Origin: Sandaracinaceae bacterium
GTDB taxonomy: Bacteria; Myxococcota_A; Polyangia; Polyangiales; Sandaracinaceae
DNA: 23,993 nt
NCBI GenBank assembly: GCA_044220955.1
Contig: JBGAQA010000096.1
Span: forward strand, 1 to 23,993
Direction of reading: 5' to 3'
Part shown: positions 15,159 to 22,067 of the stretch, in pieces
Numbering within the stretch: the stretch's first letter is position 1
Layout: each line of letters starts with the position of its first letter
The notes under the pieces: generated by a model
Seen by the model: only the letters and a program-made list of their open reading frames with translations
Told to the model about the DNA's origin: nothing
The model's database searches: none
Translations under genes and position numbers: made by a program

Positions 15159-17143
15159 CGCGCGCCTCGGTCCGCGCCCGCGCCGCGACGTCCGAGCCGC
15201 CCGCTCGCGCGTCCCGCCGGGCGTCCGCCGCGCCCGCGCTGCGCGTGGATCGACAGCGATCCCTTCCCGCTCGCCGGCGGCACCAGCGCGCGCTCGCCGC
15301 TCCCGATCAGATCGCCCCGCTTGGCGGCGATGAGCGCGTCGCGCGCCAGCTCGTGGTGCGCCGGGTCCCAGTAGAGCAGCAGGGCCTTCTGCCGCCGCTT
15401 GTCGCGGAGCGTGCGCGCCGTGTGCACGCGCTCGCGCGTGTTGGGGTCGAAGCCCGTGTAGTACATCGCCGTCGCCATCGACATCGGCGTGGGGATGAAG
15501 TCCTGCACCTGCCGCGGCCGGATGCCGCGCTGCTTGAGGTAGAGCGCCAGCGCGATCATCGCCTCGTCGGTCGTGCCCGGGTGCCCCGAGATGTAGTAGG
15601 GGACGAGGTGCTGCTCCTTGCCCGCCTCGGCGCACGCGCTCTCGAACTGCGCGGCGAAGCGCTCGTAGCTCTCCTTGCCGGGCTTCTTCATCCTCTCGAG
15701 CGTCTCCTCGTCGACGTGCTCGGGCGCGACCGAGAGCTGGCCGCCCGTGTGGTGCGTCGCGAGCTCCTTCACGAACTCGGGCGAGCGCTCCGCCAGATCG
15801 TAGCGGACGCCGCTGGCGACGAAGGCCTTCTTGACGCCGGGCTCCTTGCGCACCTTGCGCAGGAGGTCGATCAGGGGCGCGTGATCCGCGACGAGGTTCT
15901 CGCAGACGCCCGGATGCACGCAGGACAGGCGCCGGCACGATTTCTCGATCTTCTCGTCCCTGCACTTCATCCCGTACATGTTCGCCGTCGGCCCGCCCAC
16001 GTCGCTGATGACGCCGTGGAAGCCCTCCATGCGCCGCAGCGCGCGCACCTCTCGCAGCACGCTCTCGCTCGAGCGCCACTGGATGACGCGCCCCTCGTGC
16101 TCGGTGATCGAGCAGAACGTGCAGCCCCCGAAGCAGCCGCGCATCGTGACGATCGAGTGCTTCACCGTCTCGTACGCGGGAATGCGCTCGGTGTACGACG
16201 GGTGGGGCACGCGCGCGAAGGGCAGATCGTAGAGCGCGTCCATCAGCGCGGTGTCGAGCGGCTCGGCGGGCGGTGTGAAGAACACGGCCTCGCTCCCGTG
16301 CGGCTGCAGCAAGGGCCGACCGTTGCCCGGGTTCGTCTCGTGCTGGAACGCGTGGGACATCTCGCGGAACGCCTCGCGGCCCGCGTCGGAGGCTGCGCTC
16401 ACCTCTTCGTACGAGGGAAGCCGCAGCACCTTTCCGTCGCGGACGAAGCGGCTCTTCTCCAGGCTCTCCCACTGCCCCTTGCGGAGCCGGAAGGCCGTGC
16501 CGCGCACGTCCCGGATCTCGTCGATCCGCGCGCCGGCCCGGAGCCGGTCGGCCACCTCCCAGACCGGGCGCTCGCCCATCCCGAAGATCAAGAGGTCGGC
16601 CTTGGCGTCGAGCAGGATCGAGCGCCGGACGGACTCGGACCAGTAGTCGAAGTGCGCGATTCGTCGCAGCGACGCCTCGATGCCGCCGATGACGATGGGG
16701 ACCCCAGGCATCGCCCCGCGCACGAGGTTCGAGTACACGATCGTCGCGCGGTTCGGTCGCGACCCCGCGCGTCCGCCCGGCGAGTACGGGTCCTCGCTCC
16801 GCACCTTCTTCTGTGCGGTCAGCTTGTTGAGCATCGAGTCGAGGTTGCCGGCGGTGATGCCGACGAAGAGCCGCGGCGCGCCCATCGCGAGCACGTCGTC
16901 CGGGCGATCCCAGCGCGGCTGGCTGACGATGCCCACCCGGTACCCGCGCCCCTCGAGGAAGCGGCCGATGAGGGCCGCGCCGAAGGCCGGGTGATCGACG
17001 TACGCGTCGCCGTTCACGATCAGCACGTCGAGCGCGTCCCAGCCGCGCTCGCGCATCTCGTCGCGCGTCGTGGGGAGCAGCCGTGGGCCAGCGCGCCGCG
17101 CCGGGGGGCGGCCCTTGGCGCGCAGCGGCACCAGGTCACTCAT
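15155..17143 (-). CDS. ygiQ: YgiQ-family (UPF0313) radical SAM protein
   Basis: 'LPTTRDEM..RGWD.LDV..V.GDAYVDHPAFG', 'GGIEASLRRIAHFDYWS', CxxxCxxC 'GCFGGCTFC', 'GGPTANMY', 'SGVRYDL', 'VAPEH', 'QVQDFIPTPM'. Confidence 0.95.
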   Translation of the reverse strand: MSDLVPLRAKGRPPARRAGPRLLPTTRDEMRERGWDALDVLIVNGDAYVDHPAFGAALIGRFLEGRGYRVGIVSQPRWDRPDDVLAMGAPRLFVGITAGNLDSMLNKLTAQKKVRSEDPYSPGGRAGSRPNRATIVYSNLVRGAMPGVPIVIGGIEASLRRIAHFDYWSESVRRSILLDAKADLLIFGMGERPVWEVADRLRAGARIDEIRDVRGTAFRLRKGQWESLEKSRFVRDGKVLRLPSYEEVSAASDAGREAFREMSHAFQHETNPGNGRPLLQPHGSEAVFFTPPAEPLDTALMDALYDLPFARVPHPSYTERIPAYETVKHSIVTMRGCFGGCTFCSITEHEGRVIQWRSSESVLREVRALRRMEGFHGVISDVGGPTANMYGMKCRDEKIEKSCRRLSCVHPGVCENLVADHAPLIDLLRKVRKEPGVKKAFVASGVRYDLAERSPEFVKELATHHTGGQLSVAPEHVDEETLERMKKPGKESYERFAAQFESACAEAGKEQHLVPYYISGHPGTTDEAMIALALYLKQRGIRPRQVQDFIPTPMSMATAMYYTGFDPNTRERVHTARTLRDKRRQKALLLYWDPAHHELARDALIAAKRGDLIGSGERALVPPASGKGSLSIHAQRGRGGRPAGRASGRLGRRGAGADRGAR

Positions 17144-17210
17144 GCGGCGCTCTCACGACGCGCCAGCGTATCGCGAGTGTGGGCCTGGCGCATTCGGACG
17201 CGCACGGCGT

Positions 17211-17216
17211 TACCAT
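17211..17216 (+). promoter_or_regulatory. -10 hexamer TACCAT 6 nt before the ATG (probable leaderless promoter)
   Basis: TACCAT-GCACCG-ATG(17223) with no SD. A divergent TACGCT (17165-17170, minus strand) could serve ygiQ. Confidence 0.55.
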
Positions 17217-17222
17217 GCACCG

Positions 17223-19301
17223 ATGCGCACCTGCCTCGCCCTGGCTTGGATCGTCGCTGCCGTCGCCGGCTGCGATCCCTCGTCCACCACGCACACCCGC
17301 GCGTGCACGCGCTCCGCGGACTGTCCCGCGCCGCAGATGTGCGTGGACGGGACGTGTCGCGCCGTCCCCGACGGCGGTCCGGTCGACGCGGGCGGGGGCG
17401 GGATGGACACCGGCGCCCCGAACGACGCGCGCGTCCGCACGCTCACCGGCATGCACGTCGAGCCCGCCGCCCCGGTGCTGACGGCGATCGACGGCGCCAT
17501 GCCCACGATCGACTTCACGCTCGTCGGCGAGTACGACGACGGGAGCACGAGCGAGATCACGGCGGGGATCTGGAGCGCCGACGCGCGGGTGATCGGCTCG
17601 ATCGATCGCACGACGGGCCTCTTCACGGCGCTTGGCGTGGTGGGCGGCACCTCCAACGTGTCGGTCACGGCGGGCGGCATGACGGCGGGCACGACCGTCA
17701 CCGTTCAGATCCAGCGCACCGTCCTCGACACCGGTGCGCCCTCCGACGCCGCGACGCACTTCGCGCCCGGCGTCACGATGGTCGACGAGCCGGCGCGTGC
17801 GGCGAGCATGCTCTACCCGCTCGACCGCACCGTGTTCCCGGGGAACGTGTATCCGGCGGACCTGCAGTGGTCGGGCGGTGCGGCGGGCGACCTGTATCAG
17901 GTGCGGCTGGACGCGCCCGGCGTGCAGGTGCGCGCGTACGTCACGCACTCCGGCGCCGCGTTCGGGTTCCACTGGCTGCCCACCCCGGAGGCGTGGCGCG
18001 CGCTCGCGGAGTCCGCGCCCGAGTCCGACGTCACGATCGCGGTCGACCGGTGGGAGTCCGCGACCGACACGGTGATCCGCGGCCACGGCCCCACCGTGCG
18101 CTTCGCCGCGGCGACGATCCGCGGCGCGATCTACTACTGGGATCTCGGCCAGGGCCGCATCCAGCGCATCAACGGCGACGGCACGGGCCGCGTCAGCTTC
18201 ATGCCCAACCCGCCCGCGCGCCCCGGTGACGGCAGGCAGTGCGTGGCGTGCCACGCGATCAGCCGCGACGGCCGCCGGATGGCGGCCGAGATCTGGGACG
18301 GCGGAGGCACGAGCGCGATCTTCGACCTCACCGGCGACACGACGCTCTCGCCGCCCCCGATGATCGTCCCGCCGAACGTGGTGAGCTTCCTGACGGCGAG
18401 CTTCAGCCCCGACGCATCGAGGCTCGTCGCGAGCTTCGGCAACGAGCTGTTCCTCGTCGACGGCAACAGCGGCGCGCGCATCGCGTCGAGCCTCCCGAGC
18501 GCCGGCGCCGCGCACCCAGCCTGGTCGCCGGACGGCACGCAGATCGCGTTCATCACGAGCACGAACGGGGGCTGGGCGGTCGACTTCACGCGCGGCGATC
18601 TCGCGATCGTCGACGCGATGGCCGGCGACGCGTTCGGAACGCCGCGGACGATCCTCGCGGCGGGCAGCCCGCCGGTGATCGCGCGGCCCTCGTGGTCCCC
18701 GGACTCGGCGTACATCGCCTTCCAGCACAGCCAGCACAGCCGCGCCTACGAGGACCCGGGGACGGGCACGCACATCTTCCGCCCCGGCAGCGTGGAGATG
18801 GTCGCGCGCGACGGCGCGACCTCGTACGGCCTCGCGAACCTGAACGGCGCCTCGCCGAGCTCGTACTACCCGACGTTCTCACCCTTCGACGAGGGCGGCT
18901 ACTTCTGGCTCGCGTTCTTCTCGACGCGCGACTACGGCAACGCGCAGGTCGGCACGGCGGGCGCGGGTCGCCGGCAGCTCTGGGTCGCCGCCATCGACTC
19001 GACGCCCAGCGCCGGGATCGACCCGAGCTCCTCGCCCTACTGGCTGCCGCAGCAGGACGTGCACGACGAGAACATGGCCGCCTTCTGGACGGAGGAGGCC
19101 TGCCACATGGACGGGCTCGGCTGTGCGGTGAGCGGCGAGTGCTGCAGCGGCTTCTGCCGGGACACCGGCGCGGGCCCGGTGTGTGTGCCGCCCGACATCG
19201 TCACCTGCTCCCACGAGGGTGAGGCCTGCACGGACAGCGGCGACTGCTGCCCGGGCGAGGACACGATGTGCATCGGAAGCCGCTGCACGCGCCTGATGTG
19301 A
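17223..19301 (+). CDS. TolB-like (PD40/WD40) beta-propeller lipoprotein with Ig-like domain, a CxxCH motif and terminal Cys-knot-like repeats
   Basis: Lipobox AVAG-C; 'MLYPLDRTVFP.N', 'GAIYYW', 'CVACHAISRDG', 'HPAWSPDGTQIAF', 'PSWSPDS..IAF', 'YYPTFSP', 'FFSTRDYG', 'QLWVAAID'. Confidence 0.87.
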   Translation: MRTCLALAWIVAAVAGCDPSSTTHTRACTRSADCPAPQMCVDGTCRAVPDGGPVDAGGGGMDTGAPNDARVRTLTGMHVEPAAPVLTAIDGAMPTIDFTLVGEYDDGSTSEITAGIWSADARVIGSIDRTTGLFTALGVVGGTSNVSVTAGGMTAGTTVTVQIQRTVLDTGAPSDAATHFAPGVTMVDEPARAASMLYPLDRTVFPGNVYPADLQWSGGAAGDLYQVRLDAPGVQVRAYVTHSGAAFGFHWLPTPEAWRALAESAPESDVTIAVDRWESATDTVIRGHGPTVRFAAATIRGAIYYWDLGQGRIQRINGDGTGRVSFMPNPPARPGDGRQCVACHAISRDGRRMAAEIWDGGGTSAIFDLTGDTTLSPPPMIVPPNVVSFLTASFSPDASRLVASFGNELFLVDGNSGARIASSLPSAGAAHPAWSPDGTQIAFITSTNGGWAVDFTRGDLAIVDAMAGDAFGTPRTILAAGSPPVIARPSWSPDSAYIAFQHSQHSRAYEDPGTGTHIFRPGSVEMVARDGATSYGLANLNGASPSSYYPTFSPFDEGGYFWLAFFSTRDYGNAQVGTAGAGRRQLWVAAIDSTPSAGIDPSSSPYWLPQQDVHDENMAAFWTEEACHMDGLGCAVSGECCSGFCRDTGAGPVCVPPDIVTCSHEGEACTDSGDCCPGEDTMCIGSRCTRLM

Positions 19302-19306
19302 TCCGC

Positions 19307-19451
19307 GGGGTGCCCGCCGACGGCGGGCCGACACCATTGCGTCGGCTCGGCTCCGCCGAGCACTCCGGCTATCATGTCGGCTCGCTCCTGCGGCCCCTAC
19401 GGTACGCGCGGTGCCCGCGCTCCCGTTCGGGTCCTCCGCGGCGAGCACTCC
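19307..19451. repeat. Cluster of three REP-like elements: inverted short copy (19307-19332), short copy (19341-19366), long copy (19376-19451)
   Basis: GGGGTGCCCGCC-GAC-GGCGGGCCGAC; GTCGGCTCGGC-TCC-GCCGAGCACTCC; GTCGGCTCGC...GCGAGCACTCC. Same termini as the copies at 575-742. Confidence 0.85.
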
Positions 19452-19513
19452 TGTTGCGGGGGAAGAAATCGCCCCTCTTCGCGCGTATGCCGGTTTCGGG
19501 TATGAGGGTCTCC

Positions 19514-21187
19514 ATGCGCGCGCGAACGAACGGGACGCTGCTACTGCTCGGTGGGATCCTCGCGGGGGCGAGCATCGGGTGTGCACCCTCGCCGGTCTAC
19601 GTGACCGACGATCACTCTGCGGACACCGGATCGGGCGACGCCACGAGCGGTGACGAGACGACCACCGGCGCCGGGGACGACATCCAGACGATGATGGCGG
19701 ACGTGGTCGCGCCGCGGATCTGCGACCAGCTGCGCGGGACGTTCATCGGGCTTCCGGGAGAGGGCGGCCACGCCGGACCCGAGTCGGGCCTCGATCCGAC
19801 CGTCGGTCGCTGGTGGATCCGCGACTGCACCTCGCGCTCGCACGACGGCGTGCTCGACCTCGCCCTCGGCGGCACGGGCTGGACCTGGGTCGATCGCGAG
19901 TCGATGGGCTTCCGCGTGCAGCAGTACCTCCGCTTCGACGCGACCGCGTCGTTCACGGCCCGCATGGAGATCGGCTACGACCACGCGGCGCACATCGTGA
20001 CGATCTGGATGCGCCCGCAGACGGACGATCCGGCCCACGCGCTGACAGCGCACGTCGAGCCCCGCGGCCTCGTGCAGGCGCACGCCACCGGCGCGTTCTC
20101 CGGCGTGCTCGGCGGTCTGCTCTCGATGACGGGCACCTCGGCCGACGACCGGGCGCGCCAGCAGGTCACCGAGGAGGGGAGCCAGCGCCTGCACGACCGC
20201 TTCGCGACGGGGATGACCGTCACCTACGCGATGGACTCGCAGCAGATGGACTTCATGGTCGGCGCGCTCGAGCGAGGACAGGTGCCACAGCGCCCGTACC
20301 CGACCGCGCCGGGCGCGACCTGGACGGTCAACCAGCGGCTGAGCGTGTACCCGGGCGGTCTCGACGTGCTCGGCCCGCTCGACCCGATCCAGGGCGCCGA
20401 GGCGATCGAGATGGAGCTGGAGGAGGGCGGCGGCGTGTACGTCGACGCCGTCTGCATGGCCGACTTCGAGCGCTTCTACGACACCGTGCTCCAGGGCGGG
20501 GCGGCCACGACGCCGACCGGCACGCGCGTGCTCGAGCTGACCGGGCCGCACCAGTCCCACACCGCGACGATCCCCACCCTCGGCTGTCCGACGCTCTTGC
20601 TGGTCACCCCGCACGCCGACGCGACGCTCTCGTCGACCGCGCGCGTGCGCGTGTGCCCGCCGGCCCCCGCGGCTACGACGGCCAGCACGGGCACCGGCAC
20701 GGGAACGAGCACCACGACGAGCAGCACGACGAGCACCACGAGCACCACGAGCACCGCGAGCACGACGACGACGAGCACCGGCACGTCCACCTCGCGCCCG
20801 CTGCGCGTTCACCTCACCGGCCTGACCGTCGCCACGGCATCGGTCGGTGGGAGCGCGTGGGACACGATCGGCAGTGAGCCCGACCCGTACATCGTGATCG
20901 CGAGCGTCCCCGGGCAGCGCGAGATCGAGCGCACCACGGTCACCGCCGACCGGCACGAGCTCGCGCTCGACCACTGGCTGCCGGGCGCGTACCACGCCGA
21001 GGACTTCCCGATCCGGTTCTCCGTGTACGACGACGACGCCGTCACCAGCGACGAGCTCATCGGCGTCGCGGACGTCACCGCGGCGCAGATCGGAGCCGGC
21101 GGCGACTTCGCGCTCGACCTCCGCTCGCAGGGCGACGTACCGCAGACGATGGGCTCGATCCGCGTCACGGTCGCGCCCGTGCAGTAG
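19514..21187 (+). CDS. Lipoprotein with an unknown N-terminal domain, Thr/Ser-rich linker and C-terminal C2-like domain
   Basis: Lipobox ASIG-C; poly-T/S linker; 'WDTIGSEPDPYIVI..IRFSVYDDDAVTSDELIG' C2 signature. The start could also be ATG 19502. Confidence 0.8.
   Translation: MRARTNGTLLLLGGILAGASIGCAPSPVYVTDDHSADTGSGDATSGDETTTGAGDDIQTMMADVVAPRICDQLRGTFIGLPGEGGHAGPESGLDPTVGRWWIRDCTSRSHDGVLDLALGGTGWTWVDRESMGFRVQQYLRFDATASFTARMEIGYDHAAHIVTIWMRPQTDDPAHALTAHVEPRGLVQAHATGAFSGVLGGLLSMTGTSADDRARQQVTEEGSQRLHDRFATGMTVTYAMDSQQMDFMVGALERGQVPQRPYPTAPGATWTVNQRLSVYPGGLDVLGPLDPIQGAEAIEMELEEGGGVYVDAVCMADFERFYDTVLQGGAATTPTGTRVLELTGPHQSHTATIPTLGCPTLLLVTPHADATLSSTARVRVCPPAPAATTASTGTGTGTSTTTSSTTSTTSTTSTASTTTTSTGTSTSRPLRVHLTGLTVATASVGGSAWDTIGSEPDPYIVIASVPGQREIERTTVTADRHELALDHWLPGAYHAEDFPIRFSVYDDDAVTSDELIGVADVTAAQIGAGGDFALDLRSQGDVPQTMGSIRVTVAPVQ
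20674..20793 (+). repeat. Low-complexity Thr/Ser-coding repeat (acg/acc/agc units)
   Basis: Repeated 'acgagcacc / acgacgagc' encoding TTASTGTGTGTSTTTSSTTSTTSTTSTASTTTTSTGTSTS. Confidence 0.8.
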
Positions 21188-21260
21188 CCGCGCTCGAGCG
21201 GCATGCCGCGGCCGAGCGCCGAGCGTCCGTGATAGCGTCCCCCCCGAGGAGGGAGTCGCC

Positions 21261-21866
21261 ATGTCTCGAAAATCGCTCGCGCCGCTCGCGCTCGGGCTCT
21301 CGCTGTCGGTCGCGCTCGTCGTGGGCTGTAGCCCCGCGGTGCACAACATCACCATCCGATCCGCGGTGGACGCCGTCGCTCCGGAGCCCGGGACCGCGGC
21401 GATCGTCATCATGCAGCCGCGCTCCGTCCTCGAGACGGTGAGCATCCTCGGCGCCGACGGCGGCCTGCTCGGGATGATCCACGGCCACTCGCGGACGGTG
21501 GTGCGCGTCGCACCCGGCACCGTCCGGCTCTACTGTCTGCCGATGCGCAACGCGGGCGCCGGCGATCGCGTCGAGGGGACGGTGGAGGCCGGCCGCATCT
21601 ACTACGTCACGCTGTCGTACACGGGCTGGAGCGATCACGTGAGCTTCCTCGCGCTCAACACGCGCAGCCGCGACGAGCGGTGGACGCACCTGGCCGAGTA
21701 CATCTCGGGGACACCGCTCGTCGAGATGGATCAGGCACGTGTGCCGCTCGTGCTGCGCGAGCTCGGCGACAGGTCGCGCTACCTGGCCGAGATCGACCGG
21801 TGGGCCGACCGCCTCGACGCGGATCATCGCGAGGAGCGGACGATCCAACCAGGCGACGGACAGTAG
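21261..21866 (+). CDS. Lipoprotein, possibly DUF2846-like
   Basis: GAGGAG RBS and TGa-TAGCGT extended -10 upstream; lipobox LVVG-C; 'P.PG.A.IVIMQP', 'V.PG', 'VEAGRIYYV' pattern. Confidence 0.75.
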   Translation: MSRKSLAPLALGLSLSVALVVGCSPAVHNITIRSAVDAVAPEPGTAAIVIMQPRSVLETVSILGADGGLLGMIHGHSRTVVRVAPGTVRLYCLPMRNAGAGDRVEGTVEAGRIYYVTLSYTGWSDHVSFLALNTRSRDERWTHLAEYISGTPLVEMDQARVPLVLRELGDRSRYLAEIDRWADRLDADHREERTIQPGDGQ

Positions 21867-22039
21867 CCGCGCCGGAGCACCCGAACCGGTCCGCGCAGGA
21901 CGCGCACCGCGGCCGTGCCGCGTCGGGGCTGGCGGGCACGCCGCGGGGGCGCCGGGCGGCGCGACCGCGCCGAGCGCGGACCTGCGACCCGCACGATCGC
22001 ACCCGGCGCCAATCTCGCGCGTTTTCCGCACGCCCGTCG

Positions 22040-22055
22040 CGGCACGGAGGCTGCT
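22040..22055 (+). promoter_or_regulatory. Putative sigma54 (-24/-12) promoter
   Basis: CGGCACGGAGGCTGCT compared with consensus TGGCACG-N4-TTGCW; GG-N10-GC spacing is exact. The predicted start site is about 22066, next to ATG 22068. Confidence 0.6.
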
Positions 22056-22067
22056 CGTGGGTCGCGC

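Noticed and set aside
9515..18229. Very long + strand ORFs (9515-11944, 11680-14628, 15152-18229) and similar Arg/Ala-rich ORFs elsewhere
   Set aside because: Antisense or off-frame shadows of real genes. Stop codons are scarce in GC-rich DNA and the translations carry no recognisable motifs.
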